64,000 nt of DNA, taken from the NCBI GenBank assembly GCA_033119305.1, contig VSWD01000013.1:8623032-8687031 (forward strand), read 5' to 3'. Shown piece by piece: positions 1 through 10,126 of this stretch. The number at the start of each line of letters is the position of its first letter. Within the stretch, counting starts at the first letter, position 1. Both the position numbers and the translations under genes were made by a program. A model generated the notes under the pieces. The model did not search any database. It was not told the origin of the DNA and saw only the letters and a list, made by a program, of their open reading frames with translations. This stretch comes from Pinctada imbricata (lineage: Eukaryota).

Positions 1-74
1 ACTCCATGAGACAAGCCGGGTGATTGGTGTGTTTGTCATAACAGTGAAGACGGACCTGAAATATATCAGGAAAA

Positions 75-168
75 CAATACATGTAATTAGATGTACAATA
101 CATGTGATTATATGCACAATACACGTACTAAATACATGTACAATACATGTGAATATTTACATTCCTAC
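75..168. repeat. short array (4-5 units) of a 22-bp tandem repeat, consensus ACAATACACGTAAATACATGT
   Basis: Direct reading: ACAATACATGTAATTAGATGT / ACAATACATGTGATTATATGC / ACAATACACGTACTAAATACATGT / ACAATACATGTGAATATTTACATT. Same family as the arrays at 1291 and 3461. Confidence 0.8.
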
Positions 169-1132
169 TGCGTTTCCCTTATATAAAGGAACCAAACCAA
201 CTGTTGCTTTATTTCTCGATAAACGCAAGAGCCTATCAGTTGACTTTAGAACTTACGCAGATTATTTCTGATAAAATGCCTATTTTCATACAGATTCAAA
301 ACATGTATCCATTATCAAACGACGCCGTCTACCCCTAGTGATTAAATGTGTCAAAATCTAGGTCACCACATGTACACTTCCAAGAAGTGTGACGTAGTAA
401 GTCGATCATGCGTCAGTAGACGAAGTTCAAGGACGAACTGCATTGCTGTCTGCAGAAAGATGCCGTGTTTGGATGAGCGAATATTCAGGCATTAGTGGAT
501 CAAACATTCAGTATTTAGGATGATGATTTGATTCACTTGTGCCGTTTATCAACAGTGAATTTATCTTTGCTTCTTATGGATTCATAATATCAGAAATATT
601 TCGAGTATCAGCGAATCTTTAGCCATAATGTTGAGGTAAGTCAGGAAAATACCAAAAGTTTTCGACGGTTGTATTCGACTTTTGCATTATTCTAATTCAA
701 GATGAAATAGGGTAATTACAGAAGTTTGTATACAATAATACCGATTGAATCCATATGTCTAAGCAATTTAACAGTGTATTAAAATGAGTTTTCAAAAGTT
801 GTCCCCTCAGTTCTGTGAAATTTCTCCTGTTTAACTCTCCGCTATGTCTGATTGTGTTGGACAAAAGTCACGAATTTTCACGATTCAATTTTCTTCAGTT
901 TTAATTGAAATGTTCAAATTACAGCCGAAGGACAAAATTCAGTTTCTCATTTGTCAACAACGTTTCCATACAGAAGGCACTACTTTGAATCAAGCGAAAA
1001 TAGTCAAATGTTCGTTTGCTCTTACGTCAAGTGGCGTTCTTCTTTCGCAGTTATATTTCAAATGTAAAGAAACTGGATGAAAAATTGGCAGAAATAATTT
1101 AATGATTTAATGGACACGTAAAATGTAAATAT

Positions 1133-1290
1133 AAGGATTGTTTTTCAGCTTTTGCGCTTTATCTGTGTGTATTGGCAGTAGCAATTGGAAACAAAATTCA
1201 TGAAAAGTACTTCGTGCTTTACATATTTTGTTTCCATTCCCTACTGCCAATACACACCGATAAAGCGCAAAAGCTGAAAAAACAATCCTT
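1133..1290. repeat. 158-bp near-perfect palindrome (49-bp arms with 2 differences, plus a nested inner 11-bp inverted pair GGAAACAAAAT/ATTTTGTTTCC)
   Basis: Left arm 1133-1181 is AAGGATTGTTTTTCAGCTTTTGCGCTTTATCTGTGTGTATTGGCAGTAG. Right arm 1241-1290 is its reverse complement, apart from one extra T and one C/G difference. It directly abuts the 22-bp satellite that starts at 1291. Confidence 0.85.
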
Positions 1291-1376
1291 AAATACATGT
1301 ACAATACACGTAAATACATGTACAATACACATAAATGCATGTACAATACACGTAAATACATGTACAATACACAGGC
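1291..1376. repeat. 22-bp tandem repeat array (4 units), same family as 3461..4343
   Basis: AAATACATGTACAATACACGTAAATACATGTACAATACACATAAATGCATGTACAATACACG... Confidence 0.85.
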
Positions 1377-1392
1377 TTTCTACTCTACCTTG

Positions 1393-1478
1393 ATGAAAAA
1401 GTAGGAAAAAAGTAAGAGTAGTCAATGAAAAAAAGGAGGAGAAAAAGTAGGAATTAATAGGGGAAAAGTAGGAAATTT
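1393..1478. repeat. purine-rich short tandem repeats of the (A)nGTAGGAA type
   Basis: AAAAAGTAGGAAAAAAGTAAGAGTAG...GAAAAAGTAGGAATTAATAGGGGAAAAGTAGGAAATTTTCC. A homologous block lies at 3373..3445 in the same orientation. Confidence 0.6.
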
Positions 1479-1620
1479 TCCATCACTTTTAGCAACAATT
1501 TTCAGTAAGTATGACACACAAATCACAGTAAGCAATTGTTGTAGACTGGTAATCTTCATCTTTGAGGAAATCACAGAGGGAAAATTAAGGACAGATTGAT
1601 TTTTTGTGTAAAATATACAG

Positions 1621-2271
1621 GGTTTTAATAGCATAAACCCTATAGCCTCGAAGCTAATTTGGCCCCGGTCAATTTTCTTTATATAAAGAGTCAGAGACTG
1701 ATATCGCTATAGTGTGTATGATAATTAAAATGAAGGCAAGTTTTAAGGTATCATTAGATTCTGTAAGATTTTTGTAAGATTTTCATGGGTTCTATTTTTA
1801 GATATGCATATAAAATCAAACTGGACGGAGTCAAAACGTAGAGGTGGTTTCCGGCGAGGGGCTCAGAATGGGGACATGTGAAATTCGCTTCTTCGTGGTG
1901 TATTGTGGATTTCTCAAAAACGGAGCGGCGAATCCCTAAATAAATTCCATATATTATTTAGACAGATATTGCCTTCAAATCAGCATAATTTTTATTTTAA
2001 GAATTAATTTGGAACAATGGTCAAAATGGGACCAAAGTCCATCTGAATGACATGTCAAAATTTCTCTATTTTCACTTTCACTTTCGTTTTCGGAGTGAAA
2101 ATGGTAACGGAAAGGTATATATCATTAGGTACCAATAAAATCTACAGGAAATGATCTTTCTTTTGATATATCACTTTCTATATCAGCCATTCATTTTTAG
2201 TCAGTAAATGACGTCAGCTTTGGGGTGTAGAACACAAGTTTTTGAGGTCAAACGTTTATGCTATTGTAACC
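1621..2271. mobile_element. 651-bp non-coding element with imperfect terminal inverted repeats (copy 1 of 2), MITE-like
   Basis: Starts GGTTTTAATAGCATAAAC and ends GTTTATGCTATTGTAACC. The reverse complement of the end, GGTTACAATAGCATAAAC, matches the start at 15/18. The whole 651 bp is more than 99% identical to 2644..3296. There is no ORF. Confidence 0.6.
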
Positions 2272-2643
2272 TTTAGGACACATGAAAGATGATACACAAC
2301 ATGTACATGTACAATAGGTATGCTTATTTACAAACAAAGTCCTTGGATACCATACATTAAAATTCACAATATAGCATGAACAAGACTTTGAAAATGAAAT
2401 ATTGGGTGTAGGTCTTATGTTCAAAGAACTTTGAGGGTTGAAAATAGGGTACCTAGAAGTTCTATGACGAAAATACGGGAAAATTGGGCATTTTGACGGA
2501 GGTTGCGGACATGTTTATTCGGCTTGCTGATTGAAAGATATACGAGTTACAGGACTTTGCAATACACCAAATTCTTCGAAAAATCCTATATTTTCAAATT
2601 ATGCGAAGAAAAAATTCAATCGGCAAAATCAATATATGGTTTA

Positions 2644-3296
2644 GGTTTTAATAGCATAAACCCTATAGCCTCGAAGCTAATTTGGCCCCGGTCAATTTTC
2701 TTTATATAAAGAGTCAGAGACTGATATTGCTATAGTGTGTATGATAATTAAAATGAAGGCAAGTTTTAAGGTATCATTAGATTCTGTAAGATTTTTGTAA
2801 GATTTTCATGGGTTCTATTTTTAGATATGCATATAAAAATCAAACTGGACGGAGTCAAAACGTAGAGGTGGTTTCCGGCGAGGGGCTCAGAATGGGGACA
2901 TGTGAAATTCGCTTCTTCGTGGTGTATTGTGGATTTCTCAAAAACGGAGCGGCGAATCCCTAAATAAATTCCATATATTATTTAGACAGATATTGCCTTC
3001 AAATCAGCATAATTTTTATTTTAAGAATTAATTTGGAACAATGGTCAAAATGGGACCAAAGTCCATCTGAATGACATGTCAAAATTTCTCTATTTTCACT
3101 TTCACTTTCGTTTTCGGAGTGAAAATGGTAACGGAAAGGTATATATCATTAGGTACCAATAAAATCTACAGGAAATGATCTTTCTTTTGATATATCACTT
3201 TCTATATCAGCCATTCATTTTTAGTCAGTAAATGACGTCAGCTTTGGGGTGTAGAACACAAGTTTTTGAGGTCAAACGTTTATGCTATTGTAACCC
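2644..3296. mobile_element. 652-bp TIR element, copy 2, near-identical to 1621..2271 (1 substitution and 1 indel seen)
   Basis: Same start and end motifs as copy 1, with different flanks on both sides. The copies lie 370 bp apart in direct orientation. Confidence 0.6.
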
Positions 3297-3372
3297 AGAA
3301 TGGGCAAGTAAAGCGAGCCCAAAATTTTTTCAAAACTTTGAATCAGTGAAGCAAGTAATTTCTTACTTTAGA

Positions 3373-3445
3373 GATGAAAAAGTAGGAATAGTAGGCGGTT
3401 TTGAAGAAAAAGTAGGAAAAGTAGGAAAAAGTAGGAACAGTAGAA
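3373..3445. repeat. (A)nGTAGGAA purine-rich short tandem repeats, partner of 1393..1478
   Basis: GAAAAAGTAGGAATAGTAGGCGG...GAAAAAGTAGGAAAAGTAGGAAAAAGTAGGAACAGTAG. Confidence 0.6.
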
Positions 3446-3460
3446 AGCCTGTATACACTT

Positions 3461-4343
3461 AAATACATGACAGTACAATACATGTAAATACATTTACAAT
3501 ACACGTAAATACATGTACAATACATGTAAATACATGTACAGTACACGTAAATACATGAACAATACACGCAAATACATGACAGTACAATACAAGTAAATAC
3601 ATGTACAATACAAGTACAATACACGTAAATACATGTACAATACACAAAAATACACATACAATACACCTTAATACATGTACAATACAAATAAATACAAGTA
3701 CAATACACGTAAATACATGTACAATACACGCAAATACATGTACAATACATGTAAATACATGTACAATACACGTAGATACATGTCCAATACACACAATTAC
3801 ATGTACAATACACGCAATTACATGTACAATACACGCAAATACATGTACAATACACGCAAATTCATGTACAATAAAGGTAAATACATGTACAATACAAGTA
3901 GATACATGTACAATAAAGGTAAATACATGTACAATACAAGTAGATACATGTACAATACACGTCAATACATGTACAATACAAGTAAATACATGTACAATAC
4001 ATGTAAATACATGTACAATACATGTAAATACATGAACAATACACTTAAATACATGTAGAATACATGTAAATACATGAACAATACACGTAAATACATGAAC
4101 AAAACACGTTAATACATGTGCAATTCACGTAAATACATGTACAATTACATGTTAATACATGTACAATACACGTAAATCCATGTACAATACACATGAATAC
4201 ATGAAATGAATAATACACGTAAATACATGTACAATACACGCAAATACATGTTCAATACACTTAAATACATGTACAATACACGTAAATACATGTACAATGC
4301 ACGTAAATACATGTACAATACATGTAAATACATGTACAAGTAA
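3461..4343. repeat. major array (~40 units) of the 22-bp satellite ACAATACACGTAAATACATGT, with variants CAAGTAAAT, CATGTAAAT and AAGGTAAAT
   Basis: Continuous head-to-tail units over ~880 bp. All long six-frame ORFs here (3343..3855, 3459..3965, 3601..4035, 3675..4058 and others) are periodic translations of the repeat. Confidence 0.95.
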
Positions 4344-4934
4344 ATTCAATTTTAAGTTATGCCATAGATTATGCATTCAGGCTGTTACATGTATAGTTAT
4401 ATGATTGCTTTAAGTTTTTAACACAACTTTTAAACCAAATTCCTTCATGAATAACAAGGTTGAAATTTGTGGTCAAAACAATACACTTCGTTTGGAGATA
4501 GTTTGAAACCTTATCACATTTACAAGTACAAATGTACTACAAAGGAAATTTTGTAAAAGTTCATTTAAAACCATCTAACTAATACAAAGTAAAAGATCAA
4601 AGTCAAGGTCACAAAGTGAAGTATGTATGTTTCAATATTTAGTACTTGTTCTGGTGAATAAGGGTGAAAATATAATAGCCCTATCCTTTGGTAAAGGACA
4701 TTTCATTCAAGATCACTTTACAATTGGAAACAGTTGTACGCGAGAGTATGATAAACTGAATTATATTAATCACTAGTTTAGCATTTTCTGAACAATAAGC
4801 ATCATGTGCGAAGTAAAATCGCTGTGTTCAGCAACTGAATTTACAGAAGAAACAAACAACATTTAGGTGTGTTTCTTGTATAAAATACAAATATACACAG
4901 TATCAAACACAATGTAACAAAGAGCCATACACAC

Positions 4935-5035
4935 CTGGTGTCTGAGTGGTGCTGCATACACACAATACACACAGCTAAATCCCTGTTGTAGAAGGTTCAG
5001 CTCCTTGGGTTTCAACACAAACGTACTGCTGACTT
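4935..5035 (-). CDS. candidate downstream coding exon of the zinc-finger gene (101 nt, phase-compatible with the donor at 5545)
   Basis: Minus-strand acceptor TCTGTTTTCTAG|AAGTCAGCAG and donor ACACCAG|GTGTGTATGG. With the 1-nt carry-over G it reads E-VSSTFVLKPKELNLLQQGFSCVYCVYAAPLRHQ, a C-x2-C...H-like start of another finger. Weak evidence from splice signals and frame only. Confidence 0.25.
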
Positions 5036-5544
5036 CTAGAAAACAGATAATGTCTTAGTTATACCAGTTTTTGGACATCAAGAAATATTTGTTCATCATC
5101 AGATATACAAATATTTAAAAGTGTTCCAGAATAGCAGGATCTGCAAATGCTTGACGTTACATCTGCTAGCAAGATTAACATTTTGATGTCATAATCAGCC
5201 GCCCATTAAAAAAGTTGTGATGTGTCATTTGATTGCAACATCATAATGTATATTTCTGCTTTAAGGTGCAATGTTGACGTATACATTGGGCTATTCCTCA
5301 ATACAAATGTCATCTACAGTATATTCTCTTATATAGAGCAATTATCAATGTATTAATCAAATTATGTACATTTAAATTTCAACAGAGAATCTAAAATCAA
5401 AGGAAATGAATTTATCCATGAACATTTTTGAAGAGAAGACTAAATTTCGTTAATGAATTAATGATGAAAAATATAAAAGAAAACTAGTTAAAAGGTTAAT
5501 ATTTAAAGTGTCTGATTCTAAAACTTTAATAAGTAAAAATTTAC

Positions 5545-8500
5545 CTTTCTTTGGAATGGCCACAGTTCCTTTAAACGCTGTTCCAGATCCTTTTGGTCTC
5601 CCTCTTTTCTTTTTTGTCGGCATCTCATTTTCAGAGTCCCCTGTAGCACTGCTTGCTGGTACATCAAGTGATAATGCCCTTGGTGACGGAGTTTTTGTGC
5701 GCTTTTTGGCCACTTCTGCCGGTGAAAAGACCGGGGCATCTAAGGAAACGGCAGCCGGACTTGATAAGGACTTAGACAGCTTCTTTGACTGAGGTTCCGA
5801 TAGCTTGGCCGCAGACTTTTCTTCTTTGGATTTGAGGGAAGTATGAGGAGATACTGCTTTTACATCAGATTTTTCAACAACTGGTGGATCAAGTGTTTTC
5901 TCTGATGCATCATCCATATAGTTCTCATTGGATGAAGTTTCATCGAAATCGAACAAATATTCTTGCCTATTTGCACTTTGATTCTGCAATTCTTGTTCAT
6001 CACTTGCATTGAGTCTTTTCTCAGCATTGTATCTGTCAATATCAACAAATGCACGAACAATTTTCGGATCTATCCCTTCATGCATGTCTACGGAATGTTC
6101 CAATGTTACATGTTTATCCAACGATCCAAATCCACAAATTTTACATTGCCAACGACATATTTTATGAATGAGCATCAAGTGACGTTGAACGCCCTTTACA
6201 TTCGATGAAAATGAGCACTCAGGACACTGGGTATCCTTGACAATCTCTTCTTTCTTAGATTTTGTTGGAGTGGTTGGCTCCGCATGAGCTGCTTGTTTGG
6301 GTGTACTCTTAACTACCATTCCCTCACCAGGAGCTCCTATCTTCACTTTGCCATTCTTTTCTACAATGAGTGAGTTAGAGTCTTTGAGCTCTTTGATTTT
6401 CTCCACTTCAAAAAAGGACCTGATGACACATGGTGCATGAGTATCGTGTACAGTCAATGAATGTTCAAAGGTCTCACCCTTGCTGAATAACTGTATGCCA
6501 CATTTCCCACATTGCCATTTCAAAAGTCCATGTATCATCGAAATATGACGCTGCACTCCTGAGTAACGAGATTTAAAACCACAAATAGGACACTCAGCTG
6601 GGGAATCCCTCTTAGGTCCCTGGACTCCTGCTGGTTTGAAACGCGCAGTATCTTTTGATCTTTTAAGCGTTCTTATTGCACATATCTTTTTGGGCTTCTT
6701 TTTTGCCATTATGTCTGTTTTATTTTCACTTGTATTCAATTTCGCAAATCCTCTTGATATTGCAAGATCATCTGTTGGATGCTCCTTTTTGAAATGTTCA
6801 GTCACAATTGCTTCATTTTCTGATTCAAAGGCACATACGCCACAGAAGTACTGACAAATGTTATGCCTTCTTAACATGTGTGATTGAACTCCCAGGGCGT
6901 TGGATTTGTATGGACATTGAGTACACTGAAACAGGGACTTTGTTTTTAGGGACTCTATCTTCCCTTTCCTTAAAGGTCTAATCTCTGTTTTATCTTCATC
7001 TTTACTATTCTTTTCCTCCACATTGTTTTCACTCGTATCTTTGTCATCAGACTTCTCCTCCTCCCTACATTCCTTCTCTTCTTTATCTTCTTTTTCTTCC
7101 TCATTTGTTTCTTCATTACCCTCACCATCCTGATCTTCCCCTACATTCCTATCCTGACTCAATCCTTGATCAAATACTTTTTTCACGGTAGGAATCATTT
7201 TTGGATGTTCTTTCTCACAATGCGCCAGCACCTCTGTCGAGGACTTTGCCTTAAACGGACAATTATCACAACAATAAGCATATGATTTATGTCTCCAGAA
7301 CGCATGTCGTCGAATCCCAATTGGAGAGTCACTTTTGTATGGGCAATAAGGACACTTCAGCTTGCTTGACTTTTTCATGGGAGGAGTGAATTTCTCAGAC
7401 CCATCAGTGACATTTAGGTGAGCAAACTTTTTGGTTTGATAGAGCTCTGGACTTGGATCAAACAAAGTCTTAAATTTACGCTTGCGTTTTGGAGTTTCTA
7501 AAATATTAGTAGCATCCACAATTTCATAGTTTGGAATCTTTTTTGATGACACATCTTCATCATCTTCTGTTTCTGAGTCTTCCTTCATCTTTTCCTCTGT
7601 TTTGTCTTCTTTGATATTTGTAGGGACTTCCTCTTCCACAGTATTAGCTACCTCTTCCACAACCTTATATTTAGGTTTACGACCCGGCCTCTTTTTCACT
7701 TTTACATCTGGGGTCTCATTCTTAACAAGCGCATCTGCCTTTCTTTTCAGATTTGATGGTCTTGATTCACTCTCGTCTACATTTTGTGGATAGTAAGTTT
7801 TTGATAGCTTCTTACTTTTCTTCGGCACGAAAAGTATATCTTTCTTTAACTCGGCAAGTTCATCATCATTTACCCATTTCACCTCTTTACAGTCATCACA
7901 GTGAAATTCTATTGCTTTTTCTAGAGCAGAATCTGGAAAGTAGTAAAATCCATTGGGATCCTGACCAATGTGGGTTGTCATGTGTTTAGTAATGCCTAAA
8001 GAATAGTATGTTTGAAATTCACAATATTCACAAGAGTATGGTCTGTAATCTAAATGACGGGAATAATGTTTGCGAAAATTAGCACGATATTTTGTTTTGT
8101 ATTTGCACTTATCACACTTGTAGAATGAGAACTGACTTACAGCATCTTCTGAGGATGTATTGCTTTTGTACCTGACAAGTTCAAATGGTTTTGTATATTG
8201 TGATTCCTGAGAGTCAGTACTAGAGCTGCTCAATGCTGAAGTAGTAGTAACAGAGGAGACTGTCCTGGTAGTACTCTGAGAGGATGTTGTCGTCTGAACA
8301 GGGGCTTCAGCTATAGAGCTTGGTGTAGTAATGATGCTTTCACATTTAGTGGAAACAGCTTTTTCAGTAGAAAAGGTGCTTTCAGAGGAAATGGTGCTTT
8401 TTGTTGAAATTGTACTTTCAGCAGAAATTGTGCTATTTATGGAAACTGTGCTTACAGCGGAAACATTGCTTTTAGTGGAGACTGAACTTTCAGTGGAAAC

Positions 8501-10126
8501 AGTGCTTTTTGCAGAAATTGTATTTTCAGTAGAAAAAGTACTTTCAGTGGAAACAGTACTTTCCGTGGAAATAGAGCTATCAGTGGAAACCATACTTTCA
8601 GTGGAAACAGTGCCTTTAGCGGAATTGACACTTTTAGCGGAAAAGGTGCTTTTAGAGGAAACAGTGCTTTCAGAGGAAATAGAACTTTTTTCAGCAGCAG
8701 AGGTTGCAGTAGAGTTGTTTTTTGTACCATCAACTGCTGCATCCTCAGGACTCTCCTTAGTATTGTTTATGATTTTATTTTCAGCAAGCTGTACACTTTC
8801 GGAATCAGTGGAATTGTTTGGGTTTTTCGTTGTGTCACTATGTACGTCCTGTTTTGATGGAGATATTATGTTCGATGCAGTGGAATTAACAGGATTTGCT
8901 GAATGCGGGACGACCGACCTGGGAGGATTCTGGGCGATCAGTCCCCTCCCACTCTGCTGGGATAAAACATTCTGCGGATATGGAGGAAAACGCATGGGGA
9001 TGAATCCGGTTACTTGCTGCATCATAGGGCCTCCACGAAACTGACCTAGTGCAAAATTTCCCTGAGCAGTACTCCCTTGAGCACCACTTGGTATTGCACC
9101 TAAAGGCATGCCTGGCATCCTGGTTGATGGTTGATCACTTCCTGGTTGTTGTACTACTTGCGGTTGATGGTTCATTAAATTCATCTGTTGAGCGACAGTA
9201 GTTATCATCATAGGCTGAGCGTATGGAATCATTCTCGGTGAATAAAATGCACCTCCCTGATTCACTAAACCAGGCTGCACGTGAGCAGCATTGAATGGAG
9301 TCCCTTGTATTGGAGCTATATACTGCTGCATGGTGCTTATCACTGGTCCAACCGTGTCATATTTTGCTGGTCCAATCTGGTGCACTGAGGCAACCGATGG
9401 AATGTTTACACTGACCTGATTTAGATCGATTTTCTCATTTTTCCTATCAACATCTCCGTAGTATTCAGAATTTTCACTTCCACTCTTTTCCATCCTATGA
9501 GTATGGCTTGACGCACTGTTGGACAGTCCCTTTGTTTCGTCTGATATTGCACTTATTATATTTTGAGGTGCACTTGTACTTTTATGCTCTGCAGTTTCAC
9601 TCATGTCCAAGGATTTTGATTTCTCCATGATCTTTGATTTTAAGGTTTGTCTCACAGAAGCAGAGGCATTTCCTGGCTTCGAAAATCCATCTGGCTCATT
9701 CATTTGTTCGATAATGTCATTGTTTTCATTACGCACCACTACTGAGGGAATTTTTGGAATCACTAGATTCACTCTCTTCTCTACAGTCTCAACACAAGGA
9801 TTAGATGATGAATTAGTGCATCCATCACGAAACGGAGTATTTTCCCTTTGATCACCAGAGGTTGCCGAATCATCTAATCTAACATTTTTTCTATCATTTT
9901 TCTCGGATACTCCAGTCTGCCTCATATTCTGTGTCTGTAAGACATCTGTATTGGGAAATTCTCGAACCTTTCCCTCAATATTACAGCCACTTCCAAACTG
10001 ATTGTTAGCATCTGCTTGGTCCTGTTGGGCTCGCATACACTCCTCCTCCCCTATCGCTGACAAGTCCAAGGCCTGTTGTAGTAGGTCCTTTCCACCCTGT
10101 GACTCTGAACTGCTACTCTCCATCAT
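5545..10126 (-). CDS. large nuclear multi-C2H2 zinc-finger / AT-hook protein, first coding exon (ATG at 10126, ORF open to 5450)
   Basis: Uninterrupted ORF of 1558 aa with many atypically spaced C2H2 fingers (C-x2-C-x12-H-x3-5-H): CDKCKYKTKYRANFRKHYSRH, YSCEYCEFQTYYSLGITKHMTTH, CPYCPYKSDSPIGIRRHAFWRH, CDNCPFKAKSSTEVLAHCEKEH, CTQCPYKSNALGVQSHMLRRH, CGVCAFESENEAIVTEHFKKEH, CPICGFKSRYSGVQRHISMIH, CGKCGIQLFSKGETFEHSLTVH, CPECSFSSNVKGVQRHLMLIH, CKICGFGSLDKHVTLEHSVDMH. AT-hooks KRPGRPK and KKRGRPKGSG. Q/P-rich and S/T-rich regions. On the minus strand, 5554-5541 reads CCAAAGAAAG|GTAAAT, a consensus donor after codon GGT. The tail beyond it (FLLIKVLESDTL...) looks like intron read-through. An acceptor TATTTTCAG sits 31 nt upstream of the ATG, which suggests a spliced 5'UTR. 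The family is not identified. Confidence 0.8.
8330..8710. repeat. coding minisatellite (~21-24-bp units) inside the zinc-finger exon, encoding a Ser/Thr repeat (STESTVS-like heptads)
   Basis: DNA GTGGAAACAGTGCTTTCAGTAGAAAAGGTGCTTTCAGAGGAAA... repeats on the plus strand. Minus-strand translation is ...STESMVSTDSSISTESTVSTESTFSTENTISAKSTVSTESSVSTKSNVSAVSTVS... The antisense ORF 8331..9044 is an artefact of this repeat. Confidence 0.85.

Noticed and set aside
3343-4376. Several long ORFs (up to 170 aa) on both strands with periodic Cys/Tyr/His-rich translations
   Set aside because: They lie entirely within the 22-bp satellite array. Their periodicity equals the repeat unit. They have no start context or splice signals and make low-complexity peptides.
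8331-9044. 237-aa plus-strand ORF
   Set aside because: It is antisense to the zinc-finger coding exon and generated by the Ser/Thr-encoding tandem repeat (VETVLS... periodicity). The sense-strand gene has the strong domain evidence.
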